Assembly (NCBI GenBank): GCA_021782205.1
Contig: JAJXVH010000010.1
Coordinates: forward strand, 75 to 64,074
Origin: a bacterium
Lineage (GTDB): Bacteria; Elusimicrobiota; Elusimicrobia; UBA1565; UBA9628
Length of the DNA stretch: 64,000 bases
Reading direction: 5' to 3'
The notes under the pieces are model-generated. The model ran no database searches. It was not told the DNA's origin and saw nothing but the letters and a program-made list of their open reading frames with translations. Within the stretch, counting starts at the first letter, position 1. Every line of letters begins with the position of its first letter. Made by a program: the position numbers and the translations under genes. This document shows positions 1 through 8,506 of this stretch, one piece after another.

Positions 1-721
1 TGCCGTTGGCGTGGATGAAGACGACCTCGCCTTGGCCCGGGCGCAGAGGCGGCGCGCCGGGGCCTTCGCGGTCGTCGCGGCCGCCGATCAAGGCCTCGGC
101 CTTGTCGAAGCTGATGCGCGCGTCGTCGGGCTGGCCGGCGTCGGCGTAGAGCAATCCGGAGATATATTCGCCGAAGGCGTCGTCCTTGTAGGCGTTCTTG
201 CGCGCGCCGTAGACGTCGGAGTACTCCTGCAGAAGGCGCGAGAGGCGGCGGATTTCCACCATGGCGCCGCTGCGGTCTCCTGACAGGAGATAGGCCAGCG
301 CACCGTCGACGTTGGCCAGCGCGCGCTCGAAGCGCTCTCCGGCGTAGTCGACGGTATTGTCGTTGAGCAGGAGCGCACCCAACTCCTTGTGGATGCTTTT
401 GGTGAAGAGTTCGTCCATGCGTCGCTCGGCGGTCGCGAAGCTTTGGATGGCCGGTTTGTCTTGGCCGCCGTCGAGTTGGACCTGGCCCAGGTCGAGGTAG
501 TAGAGCGCCTCGTTCTTGTGTCCGTAGGACGTGTATTTGGCGTCCTCGATCAGCGACTGGGCGCCGGCGTAGTCGCGCGCGGCGATGCGGGAGTCGACGC
601 GGCGCACGAGCCTCTCGGAAGGGCCCGCGCACGCCGCCAGCAGAAGCGCCAGGCCAGCAAAAAACGCGGCCCCTCCTTTCGCGCGCGAGAGGAGGGGCCG
701 CCGGACGCCGCGGTTGTTCAA
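1..721 (-). CDS. TPR-like lipoprotein, partial (C-terminus lies beyond the left edge)
   Basis: Minus-strand frame that is open to the window edge, so it is absent from the ORF track. My translation from TTG at 721 reads MNNRGVRRPLLSRAKGGAAFFAGLALLLAAC/AGPSERL... It has a lipobox (LLAAC) followed by helical TPR-like repeats (YYLDLGQVQL, AFGEYISGLLYADAG). Third codon positions are G/C-rich. The start lies 5 nt after the stop of the upstream gene. Confidence 0.6.
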   Translation of the reverse strand, partial: MNNRGVRRPLLSRAKGGAAFFAGLALLLAACAGPSERLVRRVDSRIAARDYAGAQSLIEDAKYTSYGHKNEALYYLDLGQVQLDGGQDKPAIQSFATAERRMDELFTKSIHKELGALLLNDNTVDYAGERFERALANVDGALAYLLSGDRSGAMVEIRRLSRLLQEYSDVYGARKNAYKDDAFGEYISGLLYADAGQPDDARISFDKAEALIGGRDDREGPGAPPLRPGQGEVVFIHANG

Positions 722-725
722 GGGC

Positions 726-1322
726 CTACCAGGACGCGCGCGGCCTCTCGACGAATTTCTTGAGCTTCTTCTGGCCGATCCAGGCGATCTCGTTGGTGGT
801 CATGTTCAGCAGTTTCAGGTCGACCTGGTAGAAGATGACGGCGCGGCCGCCCTCTTGGTCCACGATCGAGTTGATGACGCCGCTGAGCATGAAGTTCGCT
901 CCCGTCTCTTGGCCGTTGGCGTTGCGCGTGGCGGCCGAGGCGTTCGTGTCTTGATCCATGCGCTCGTCGCGCACGTCGCCGCGCTCGTTGCGGGAGGCGA
1001 CGAAGTCCACCTTGCCCGAGTTGATCAGCGAGCGCTGCAGGTCCTCGATGAACGTGTCGGTCGCGATGTGCTCCTGGGACTGGTTGCGCACCCGGCCCAC
1101 GATCACGGTCGGGTTCTTGCCCAGCTTCTGCTGGGCGTCGGCCAGCCACGGCCGCGACAGGCAGTCCGTGATCATCTCATCGGCCACCAGGCGCGAGTCC
1201 GTGTCGTCCCAGCGGCCGCTGATGTCCTTGACCGCGTTCGGGTCCATCCGGGTTACGCTGGTCGCGCAGGCCGAGAAGGCCAGCGTGGAGCCCAGCGCGA
1301 CGAGGGCGGGAAGGCGGCGCAT
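726..1322 (-). CDS. LpoB/YcfM-family lipoprotein (penicillin-binding protein activator-like)
   Basis: 198 aa with signal peptide and lipobox (LAFSAC). Motifs GRVRNQS...FIEDLQRSLINSGKVDFV and FMLSGVINSI...FYQVDLKLLN are typical of the COG3417/LpoB fold. Confidence 0.7.
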   Translation of the reverse strand: MRRLPALVALGSTLAFSACATSVTRMDPNAVKDISGRWDDTDSRLVADEMITDCLSRPWLADAQQKLGKNPTVIVGRVRNQSQEHIATDTFIEDLQRSLINSGKVDFVASRNERGDVRDERMDQDTNASAATRNANGQETGANFMLSGVINSIVDQEGGRAVIFYQVDLKLLNMTTNEIAWIGQKKLKKFVERPRASW

Positions 1323-1323
1323 T

Positions 1324-1890
1324 TTAGTGCTTCGCCTCTTCGGCCGAGAGGTCGTCGAAGGCCTTGTCGGCGTTGGCCTTCACGTAGTCGCGCAGCTTGG
1401 AGTCCAGATCCTTGGACTGGGCGATGCTGTCCTGGACGGAGGCCATGTCGAGCTTGACCAGCGCGTAGACGACGTTGTTCTGGCGGTCGACCCAGTGGTC
1501 GACGGGCACCGCGCCGTGCAGCGTGAACTTGGCGAAGTTCTTCATGGTCTGCGAGACCATCTGCTCCTCGCTCGACTTGGACATGTCGCCGGCCGTGATC
1601 GAGGCCTGGTAGTCCTTGCTCAGCGAGGTCACGTAGGAGTCCATGATCTTGGCCAGGTCCGCGCGGCCGCGATCCTCGGACGCCGCGCGTGCCAGGGGGA
1701 TGTTGCGCACGCCCTCGATGGCGCCCACGCCGTAGAACACCTGCTTGCCGGCGGCGTCCTTGAACGCGCCGGAGCCCTTATTGACCCAGTCCGGCGCATT
1801 GTCGGCGACGGGCGAGGGCTTGTAGTGCGCGCAGGCGCCGAGCACGAACGCGGCGGCGGCCGCGGCGACGAAAGTGGACAAACGCTTCAT
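1324..1890 (-). CDS. LPP20-family lipoprotein
   Basis: Start moved to MKRLSTF (ATG 1890), which has AGGAGG 8 nt upstream. Lipobox LGAC. The body (FYGVGAIEG...RADLAKIM...VYALVKLD) resembles LPP20/YcfL/FlgP-type lipoproteins. The stop abuts the next gene. Confidence 0.65.
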   Translation of the reverse strand: MKRLSTFVAAAAAAFVLGACAHYKPSPVADNAPDWVNKGSGAFKDAAGKQVFYGVGAIEGVRNIPLARAASEDRGRADLAKIMDSYVTSLSKDYQASITAGDMSKSSEEQMVSQTMKNFAKFTLHGAVPVDHWVDRQNNVVYALVKLDMASVQDSIAQSKDLDSKLRDYVKANADKAFDDLSAEEAKH

Positions 1891-2053
1891 GGTTGTGTTC
1901 CTCCTGTGTCTATGACGCCACGGACGCGAATCTGTGTCGTTTGCGTACGCCCTGAGTCTAACAGACCGTGGGTGGGGTGTCAAGCAAACGGCGTGTCAAC
2001 CCGGTCACATGCTTTTGGATCGCCATGCCGCGGTTTTTGGTAGGATTGCGACC

Positions 2054-2599
2054 ATGCCGAACGCCGATGAGCGCAACCTGATCTGGCTGGACCTGGAGAT
2101 GACGGGGCTGGATCCGGAGAAGGACGTGATCCTAGAGATCGCGACGGTCGTCACCGACGGCCAGCTCAACGTGCTGGCCGAGGGGCCGTGCCTGGCGATC
2201 CATCATCCGGACGCGGTGCTGGACGGGATGGATCCGTGGTGCGTCGAGCAGCACGGCAAGTCCGGCCTGACGCAACGCTGCCGCGAGTCTAAAATCTCGA
2301 CGCTGGACGCGCAGGCGCGCACGTTGGAATTTTTGGCGCCGCTGTGCGCGGCGGGCAAGTCGCCGCTGTGCGGCAACACCATCGGTCAGGACCGGCGCTT
2401 CCTTGTTAAGTATATGCCGCGCCTGAACGATTTCTTCCACTACCGCTCCATCGATGTCTCCTCGATCAAGGAGCTGGTTTCGCGCTGGTATCCCGAGGCG
2501 AAGTACGTGTACTCAAAGACCAAGCAGCACCTGTCGCTGGCCGACGTACACGAGTCCATCGACGAACTGCGCCACTACCGCAAGACCGTCTTTCGCTGA
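2054..2599 (+). CDS. orn: oligoribonuclease
   Basis: 181 aa DEDDh exonuclease: [13 protein letters not shown]..., [21 protein letters not shown]. Start ATG 2054 is preceded by TGgTAGGAT plus 7 nt. Confidence 0.9.
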   Translation: MPNADERNLIWLDLEMTGLDPEKDVILEIATVVTDGQLNVLAEGPCLAIHHPDAVLDGMDPWCVEQHGKSGLTQRCRESKISTLDAQARTLEFLAPLCAAGKSPLCGNTIGQDRRFLVKYMPRLNDFFHYRSIDVSSIKELVSRWYPEAKYVYSKTKQHLSLADVHESIDELRHYRKTVFR

Positions 2600-2617
2600 A
2601 GCGCCCGCCGGACGGCG

Positions 2618-2917
2618 TCAGTTGCCCGTCGACTTGCGCTCGGCGTGCCCGCCGATGCCTTCGCAACCGCAGGACTCCGGGTGCGGCTGGCCTTCGCGCC
2701 AGCCGTCCTTCTCCAGCTGGACCTTGACCCAGCACGGGTAGCAGAGCATCAGGCGGTTGATGGGCTTGTTGTCGCCGCAGCGGCGGCACAGGCCGTCGGT
2801 CGGCGGCTTGCGCTTCATGAGCTTGCGCAGGTCGGACTCCTCTTCGGGAGCCTCCTTGACGGGGGCGTCGGTCTGGGGGCCTTCGATGATCAGTTCTTCG
2901 GCCAAGGTTTCGGTCAT
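2618..2917 (-). CDS. small Cys-rich zinc-ribbon protein, function unknown
   Basis: 99 aa with strong G/C third-position bias. Contains CRRC...CYPC plus CGC. Last gene of the hpnG-ispA-dxs-ispH transcription unit, starting 17 nt after the ispH stop. Confidence 0.5.
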   Translation of the reverse strand: MTETLAEELIIEGPQTDAPVKEAPEEESDLRKLMKRKPPTDGLCRRCGDNKPINRLMLCYPCWVKVQLEKDGWREGQPHPESCGCEGIGGHAERKSTGN

Positions 2918-2934
2918 GGAGTTCTCCGCGGGCG

Positions 2935-3918
2935 TCAGGCCGCGCCGCTGTCCTTGATGAGCTTGACGATCTCCGCGGGCAGGCCGAAGTGCTCGGTCTC
3001 CTCCACGGTTTCCAACTCCTCCACGCTCTTGACGCCGTAGCGGTCGTGGGCCAGGGCGACGACTTCCTGGATCAGGATCTCGGGCGCGGACGCGCCGGAG
3101 GTCAGACCCATGGTCTTGACGCCCTCAAGCCACTCGTCCTTGATGTCGGCGGCGCGCTCGATGAGGTAGGAGCGGATGCCCTTGGAGCGGGCGACCTCGC
3201 AGAGGCGGTTGGAGTTCGAGCTGTTGGGCGCGCCCAGCACCAGCAGGACTTCGACCTGCGGGATCATCGCCTTGACCGCGTTCTGGCGGTTCTGGGTGGC
3301 GTAGCAGATGTCGTCCTTCTTGGGCGGCATCAGCTTGGGAAAGCGCCGCTTGAGCACGGCCACGATCTCGCGCGTGTCGTCGAGCGACAGCGTGGTCTGG
3401 GTGAGGTAGGCGATTTTTTCAGGGTTGGGTACCGCGATGGTCTCGGCTTCCTGGACGTTGCCGACCACGAGCATGTGCTCCGGCGCCTCGCCGAGCGTGC
3501 CGATGGTCTCCACGTGATCGCGGTGGCCGATCAGGATGATGGTGTAGTCGTGCTTGGCCAGCGCGATGGCTTCCAGGTGCACCTTGGTCACCAGCGGGCA
3601 GGTGGCGTCGATGATCTTGAGCTTGCGCGCCTTGGCTTCCGACACCACGTCCGGGCCCACGCCGTGCGCGGAGAAGATCAGCCAGGAGCCCTCGGGGACC
3701 TCCTTCAAATCCTCGACGAACACCGCGCCTTTCTTGCGCAGTTCGTCGACGACGTAGCGGTTGTGGATGATCTCGTGGCGGACGTAGACGGGCTTGCCGC
3801 ACAGCTCCAGGGCGCGCTCGACGACCTCGATGGCGCGCACCACGCCCGCGCAGAAGCCGCGGACCTTGGCGAGGATCAGCTTGTCGATCTTGATCTGAGA
3901 CGGGGCTTGGGGGCTCAT
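2935..3918 (-). CDS. ispH: 4-hydroxy-3-methylbut-2-enyl diphosphate reductase
   Basis: 327 aa with GFCAGVVRAIE, ATCPLVTKVH and ICYATQNRQ (the three Fe-S cysteines). Confidence 0.95.
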   Translation of the reverse strand: MSPQAPSQIKIDKLILAKVRGFCAGVVRAIEVVERALELCGKPVYVRHEIIHNRYVVDELRKKGAVFVEDLKEVPEGSWLIFSAHGVGPDVVSEAKARKLKIIDATCPLVTKVHLEAIALAKHDYTIILIGHRDHVETIGTLGEAPEHMLVVGNVQEAETIAVPNPEKIAYLTQTTLSLDDTREIVAVLKRRFPKLMPPKKDDICYATQNRQNAVKAMIPQVEVLLVLGAPNSSNSNRLCEVARSKGIRSYLIERAADIKDEWLEGVKTMGLTSGASAPEILIQEVVALAHDRYGVKSVEELETVEETEHFGLPAEIVKLIKDSGAA

Positions 3919-3931
3919 GTTGACTCCTTGC

Positions 3932-5818
3932 TTAAACCAGGTTCTTGGACTTGTTCGGCACCCAGGCGGCGATCTTCTCGGCGATCTTGGGGGCCGACAG
4001 GCCGACGGCGTCGTAGAGCAGGTTCGGCGCGCCGTGCTCCACGTAGGAGTCCGGCAGGCCCAGGCGCAGGACCTCGGCGCGGCCGGGGGTGAGGGCTTCC
4101 AAAACCGCGGAACCGAAGCCGCCCTGCAAGACGTTGTCTTCCACGGTGACGAGGCGAGGGGTCTTGGCCGCGCACTCCTTGAGAAGTTCCACGTCCAAGG
4201 GCTTGACGAAGCGCATGTTGACGACGCCGCAGGAGATGCCCTTGTCCTCCAGCAACTGCGCGGCCTCCAGCGCCGGGTGCACGCGGTTGCCGATGGCGAG
4301 GATGGTCACGTCCGCGCCGTCCTTCAGGCGCACGCCCTTGCCGATGGGCAACTCCTTGAGCTCCGCGTCCAGCGTCACGCCCACGCCCGCGCCGCGCGGG
4401 TAGCGCAGGGCGATGGGGCCGTTGAAGCGGATGGCGGTGTGCAGCATGTGGCGCAGTTCGTTCTCGTCGGCGGGGGCGGCCACGGTCATGCCCGGGATCA
4501 TGCGCAGGTAGGAGAGATCGAACACGCCGTGGTGCGTGGGGCCGTCCTCGCCCACCAGGCCGGCGCGGTCCAGGCAGAGCACCACCGGCAGCTTCTGCAG
4601 GCAGACGTCGTGCTCGATCTGGTCGTAAGCGCGCTGCAGGAACGTCGAGTAGATGGCGACCACGGGCTTGTAGCCCTCGCTGGCCAGGCCCGCGGCGAAG
4701 GTGACCGCGTGCTCCTCGGCCAGGCCCACGTCGAAGTAGCGGCGCGGGAAGGCGTCGCGAAACGCGTCCATGCCGGTGCCTTCCGGCATGGCGGCGGTGA
4801 TGCCGACGATGCGCGGGTCGGCCTCGGCCTCGGCGACCACGGACTTGCCGAAGACCGCCGTGTAGGTGGGCGGCGGCGTCTTGGTGATGGGGGCCTTCAG
4901 GAACTTCGCGGTGGCCACGTCGAACTTGCCCGGGCCGTGCCAGGTGTACTGGTCTTCCTCGGCGGGCGCGTAGCCCTTGCCCTTCTTGGTCACGCAGTGG
5001 ACCAGGATGGGGCCCTTGAGTTTTTTCACATGCTCGAAGACCTTGGCGAGCTGGACCACGTCATGGCCGTCCACGGGACCGAAGTAGGAGAAGCCCATCT
5101 CCTCGAACAGCATGCCGGGAAACAGGAGGACCTTCGCGCGCCTGGCCACGCGCAGGATGCTCTCGCCCCAGAACTGGAAGCGCGCGAGAAACTTCTTGAT
5201 GCTGTGCTCCGCGTCGCGCACCGCGCCCAAGGTGAGCAGCTTGGACAGGAACGCGCCCAGCGCGCCCACGCGGTTGGAGATGAACATCTGGTTGTCGTTC
5301 AAGACCACGATCAAGTCGGTCTGCACCTGGCCGGCGTTCTGCAGGCCCTCGTAGGACTCGCCGCCGGTCATGCAGCCGTCGGAGACGATGGCCACGACCT
5401 TGGTCTTGTCGCCCTTGAGGTCGCGCGCCACGGCCATGCCGAGAGCCGCCGAGATCGCGGTGGAGGCGTGGCCGGCACCGAAGGAGTCGTAGGGGGACTC
5501 GGAGCGCTTCAAGAATCCGGAGAGGCCGCCGAACTGGCGGATGGTGTTCATCTTCTCGCGCCGTCCGGTGAGCACCTTGTGGCCGTAGGTCTGGTGGCCG
5601 GTGTCCCACACCAGCTTGTCCTTGGGCGTGTCGAAGACGTAGTGGAGGGCCACGGTGATGTCCGCGGAACCCAGGCTTGAGGCCAGATGGCCGCCCAGCT
5701 TGGAGACGGTCTCCACGATGAAGGCGCGCATTTCAGAGGCGACCTGCGGCAACTGCTCTGGTTTGAGCTTCTTGAGGTCCGCCGGCGAGTCGATTTGTTT
5801 CAGCAGTTCCATGGTCAT
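3932..5818 (-). CDS. dxs: 1-deoxy-D-xylulose-5-phosphate synthase
   Basis: 628 aa, full-length Dxs-like with GHLASSLGSADITVALHYVF, GHQTYGHKVLTGRR and SDGCMTGGESYEGLQNAG. The start overlaps the ispA stop (ATGA). Confidence 0.95.
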   Translation of the reverse strand: MTMELLKQIDSPADLKKLKPEQLPQVASEMRAFIVETVSKLGGHLASSLGSADITVALHYVFDTPKDKLVWDTGHQTYGHKVLTGRREKMNTIRQFGGLSGFLKRSESPYDSFGAGHASTAISAALGMAVARDLKGDKTKVVAIVSDGCMTGGESYEGLQNAGQVQTDLIVVLNDNQMFISNRVGALGAFLSKLLTLGAVRDAEHSIKKFLARFQFWGESILRVARRAKVLLFPGMLFEEMGFSYFGPVDGHDVVQLAKVFEHVKKLKGPILVHCVTKKGKGYAPAEEDQYTWHGPGKFDVATAKFLKAPITKTPPPTYTAVFGKSVVAEAEADPRIVGITAAMPEGTGMDAFRDAFPRRYFDVGLAEEHAVTFAAGLASEGYKPVVAIYSTFLQRAYDQIEHDVCLQKLPVVLCLDRAGLVGEDGPTHHGVFDLSYLRMIPGMTVAAPADENELRHMLHTAIRFNGPIALRYPRGAGVGVTLDAELKELPIGKGVRLKDGADVTILAIGNRVHPALEAAQLLEDKGISCGVVNMRFVKPLDVELLKECAAKTPRLVTVEDNVLQGGFGSAVLEALTPGRAEVLRLGLPDSYVEHGAPNLLYDAVGLSAPKIAEKIAAWVPNKSKNLV

Positions 5819-6702
5819 TTATCCCCCTTGCTGATGTAGTCGGCCAGCTCATGCAGCACGGCGGCGCGCGTCCCGAACGACTTCAGGTGCGCGTGCGCCA
5901 TTTCCACGAGCGCGCGGGCCTTCGCGCGCGCCCCGTCCACGCCGTAGAGCGAGGCGTAGGTCAGCTTGTCGTTGTCCCGATCTGAGCCTTTCTTGCCCAG
6001 CTTCTTCTTGTCGCCCACCACGTCGAGCACGTCGTCGGCGATCTGGAAGGCCAGGCCCACGCATTCGCCGTAGGAGCGAAGCGCCTCGCGCTTGGCTTGG
6101 GAGGCGCCGGCCAGCAGCGCGCCGGCGTCGAGGCTGGCGATGATCAAGGCGCCGGTCTTGCGACGGTGCACGGCCTCCAGCACTCGGGCCGCGGCCGCCT
6201 TGGAGATCTTCTTGGTCATGCCTTCGGCCGCCAGGTCGGCGACCTGCCCGCCCACCATGCCCTCGGCGCCCGCGCCGAAGGCGATCAGGCGCACCAGTTC
6301 CGCGCACGCGGAGCCGTTCAGCTTGAGCTCCGCGGCGTTCTGCGCCGCGGCCTCGAACGCCTTGGTCAAAAGCCCGTCGCCGGCGAGAATGGCCAGCGCC
6401 TCGCCGAAGACTTTGTGGTTCGTCGGCTTGCCGCGGCGCAGGTCGTCGTCGTCCATCGCCGGGAGGTCGTCGTGGATCAAGGAATACGTATGGATCATCT
6501 CAAGGGCCGCCGCCGTCTTCAGCGCCTTGCGCGGCGCCAGGCCGCACGTCTCCGCTGCGGCGAGCACGAGCGTGGGCCGCAGGCGCTTGCCGCCCGCGAA
6601 CAAAGAGTAGCGCATGGCCTTGCGCAACGTCTCCGGCAGATCGGCGGTGGGGGCGAGCAGCTTCTCGATGGCCTCGTCGACCAAAGCGGTATTCTTGTCC
6701 AT
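5815..6702 (-). CDS. ispA: polyprenyl (farnesyl/geranylgeranyl) diphosphate synthase
   Basis: Start moved to MDKNTALV (ATG 6702). The 159-aa upstream extension in the track is Arg/Gly junk that overlaps hpnG. Aspartate-rich motifs IHDDLPAMDDDDLRRGKPT and FQIADDVLD. Confidence 0.9.
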   Translation of the reverse strand: MDKNTALVDEAIEKLLAPTADLPETLRKAMRYSLFAGGKRLRPTLVLAAAETCGLAPRKALKTAAALEMIHTYSLIHDDLPAMDDDDLRRGKPTNHKVFGEALAILAGDGLLTKAFEAAAQNAAELKLNGSACAELVRLIAFGAGAEGMVGGQVADLAAEGMTKKISKAAAARVLEAVHRRKTGALIIASLDAGALLAGASQAKREALRSYGECVGLAFQIADDVLDVVGDKKKLGKKGSDRDNDKLTYASLYGVDGARAKARALVEMAHAHLKSFGTRAAVLHELADYISKGDK

Positions 6703-6722
6703 GGCGCGCGCCAGCGTCGTGT

Positions 6723-7448
6723 TCAAATCGCCTCCAGGTACGCCTTCAAAAACCGTGACAGCGTCTTCATCGCGCGTCCGGTCCGCAGTCCCACGCCGAT
6801 CATGCCGGGCAGGCCGGCCGCGTGCGTCAGCGCGAACTTCGCCAAGGACGCCGCGTCCTCGCCTTCGGGCGCGTCGCCGGGCAGTTCCTCGTCCAGCTCG
6901 TCTAAAACCACGCGCACGCCGATGGCCGGCGCCTTCGGCGACGCCCAGCGCCGCACCGCCGCCGTCTCCATGTCGCACGCCACCGCGCGCTGCTCCGCGC
7001 CCAGCTTGCGCTTCATCTCCGGCTTCAAAACGACGTTCGTGTGCAGTATCCGTCCAAAGTGAAACGCCAGTCCCAGATTCTTCGCCGTCTCGCGCAGCGG
7101 CCGCACGAAGTCCATCTCCACTTCGGCCGGATCGGCGACGACGTCTCCCAAATGCACGTCCGGATTCATCGCCCCGCAAAGACCCGCGCTCAGCACCAGC
7201 CCGAAGTCTCCGGCCACGAAATCCTTAGCCAAAACCGCGGAAGTCTTCTGCGCCCCCATGCCGGTCTTGACCAGCACCACGCGCCGGCCGCCCAAGTTGC
7301 CTTCCCAGCGCCCGTCGCCGGAGGGGGACAGACCCAAGCCCTTCGCGAGCGGCTGAGCCTCCCATTTCGTCGCCGCCGTGATGAGAACGGGCGTCTTCGG
7401 GAGCTTGATCTGGGGCGTCTGGGATGATTCTTCCATCAACTGGGCCAT
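6723..7448 (-). CDS. hpnG: hopanoid-associated phosphorylase (adenosylhopane nucleosidase-like, PNP/UDP fold)
   Basis: 241 aa with VLVKTGMGAQKT and ACDMETAAV, typical of the PNP_UDP_1 fold, and hopanoid gene context. Confidence 0.8.
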   Translation of the reverse strand: MAQLMEESSQTPQIKLPKTPVLITAATKWEAQPLAKGLGLSPSGDGRWEGNLGGRRVVLVKTGMGAQKTSAVLAKDFVAGDFGLVLSAGLCGAMNPDVHLGDVVADPAEVEMDFVRPLRETAKNLGLAFHFGRILHTNVVLKPEMKRKLGAEQRAVACDMETAAVRRWASPKAPAIGVRVVLDELDEELPGDAPEGEDAASLAKFALTHAAGLPGMIGVGLRTGRAMKTLSRFLKAYLEAI

Positions 7449-7625
7449 CCTGTCTATTATCCCATTTTTCGACCCATTTTTGAGGGGTTTTTAGACGGTG
7501 GAATGTCTTTTTCGTCACATGAATGTGGCGGAGTTGTCGCCGGTGCAGGATCAACTTGAAGCGATCTCCAATGTTCGCCGCGTGCCTGGCCCTTGTCTTT
7601 TTAGGTTAGGGGCCGCCATGTCGTA

Positions 7626-7997
7626 TCAGGCCAGGACCGGGTGCCGTTGCCCGTGCGCCATCGCGATCAGGTAGAGCGCGTATTGGTTGACCGAGATGCC
7701 CTCGACCTGCGCCGCTTCGCGAAGGCTTTTCTGGAGCGTCTTGGGGAGACGCAAGAGCACGCGGCCGTCATTTTCTTGACCCGCGGCCGGTTTCGGAATC
7801 GAGAGCCCGGCCGAGCGGCGCACGTCCAGATGGAGCTGGATGGCGACGTCCAGTTCCTTCAATGCCTCCGCGTCGGTGTCGCCGTGAGCCGCGCACCCCA
7901 TGAGCTCGGGCGCGACCGCGACCCAGCACTTGTCCTCGGGGCTGAAGAACACTTTGCGGACGTAGGCGCTTCCCGGCACCGCGCGCATCTTTCTCAT
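7626..7997 (-). CDS. hicB: HicB-family antitoxin (HicB fold plus C-terminal ribbon-helix-helix)
   Basis: 123 aa. N-terminus FSPEDKCWVAVAPELMGCAAHGDTDAEALKEL; C-terminus RLPKTLQKSLREAAQVEGISVNQYALYLI (RHH). GGGAG lies 7 nt upstream. Starts 21 nt downstream of hicA. Confidence 0.75.
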   Translation of the reverse strand: MRKMRAVPGSAYVRKVFFSPEDKCWVAVAPELMGCAAHGDTDAEALKELDVAIQLHLDVRRSAGLSIPKPAAGQENDGRVLLRLPKTLQKSLREAAQVEGISVNQYALYLIAMAHGQRHPVLA

Positions 7998-8018
7998 ATC
8001 GAATCTCCCTGGTGTCGC

Positions 8019-8261
8019 CTATTTCAATTTCAGCCCGTATGCGTCGACGGCCTGGAGCAACTGGACGATCTGGTATGACTTCGCCTCGCCGCCCGACTCT
8101 TGAATGTTGAGAACCGCGCCGCAGGGATGGCGATAGGCTTTGTGGCTCCCGCGCTGCCGGTCGAACGCGAATCCGAGCGCCTCGATCAGCGCGACGAAAT
8201 CCGAGAAGCGCACGTTCTGTCTCTTGATCCGTATCCGTGCCAAGAGCGCCCGCGCCTTCAT
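8019..8261 (-). CDS. hicA: HicA-family mRNA-interferase toxin
   Basis: 80 aa. FVALIEALGFAFDRQRGSHKAYRHP carries the HicA GSH signature. Toxin-first order as in hicAB. Confidence 0.75.
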   Translation of the reverse strand: MKARALLARIRIKRQNVRFSDFVALIEALGFAFDRQRGSHKAYRHPCGAVLNIQESGGEAKSYQIVQLLQAVDAYGLKLK

Positions 8262-8267
8262 TCCTGC

Positions 8268-8296
8268 ATGATATCACCGGCGGCACCTTCTGTCAA
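8268..8296 (-). promoter_or_regulatory. candidate hicAB promoter (TTGACA-17-TGaTATCAT); the -10 ends 6 nt before the ATG
   Basis: Minus strand reads cTTGACAgaaggtgccgccggTGaTATCATgcaggaATG. Consensus -35, 17-nt spacer, extended -10, no SD. Confidence 0.5.
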
Positions 8297-8506
8297 GAGC
8301 CAGCGCTCGGGCTTTTTTCGTTTACAAAAAGGAATAGGACAAATTCCTTTTGCGAAGATCATCCACTCAAGTCAGAGTCGTGTCGCGAAGATGAAGGCGG
8401 CCGACGCTTCGGTCTCGATCGATCTGTTGGTGCGATATCATCTTGCGCTGGGTGCGTCCGGGGTAGAACTGGGACGCATCCTCTCCCGACCGCTCGCCAA
8501 AGCGCG

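Noticed and set aside
3917-5680. 587-aa plus-strand ORF
   Set aside because: It is antisense to the unambiguous dxs gene. Its translation is Arg/Gly/Ala/Val low-complexity sequence typical of shadow ORFs in high-GC DNA. The same reasoning applies to 2989-4092 (+), opposite ispH.
6703-7179. 159-codon N-terminal extension of ispA (track ORF 5815-7179)
   Set aside because: It overlaps hpnG out of frame. Polyprenyl synthase homology begins at MDKNT (6702).
8297-8320. Plus-strand terminator-like element GAGCCAGCGCTCGGGCTTTTTT
   Set aside because: The stem is only 4 bp plus a mismatch. No plus-strand gene or promoter lies upstream to be terminated. It is probably a fortuitous T-run next to the hicA -35.
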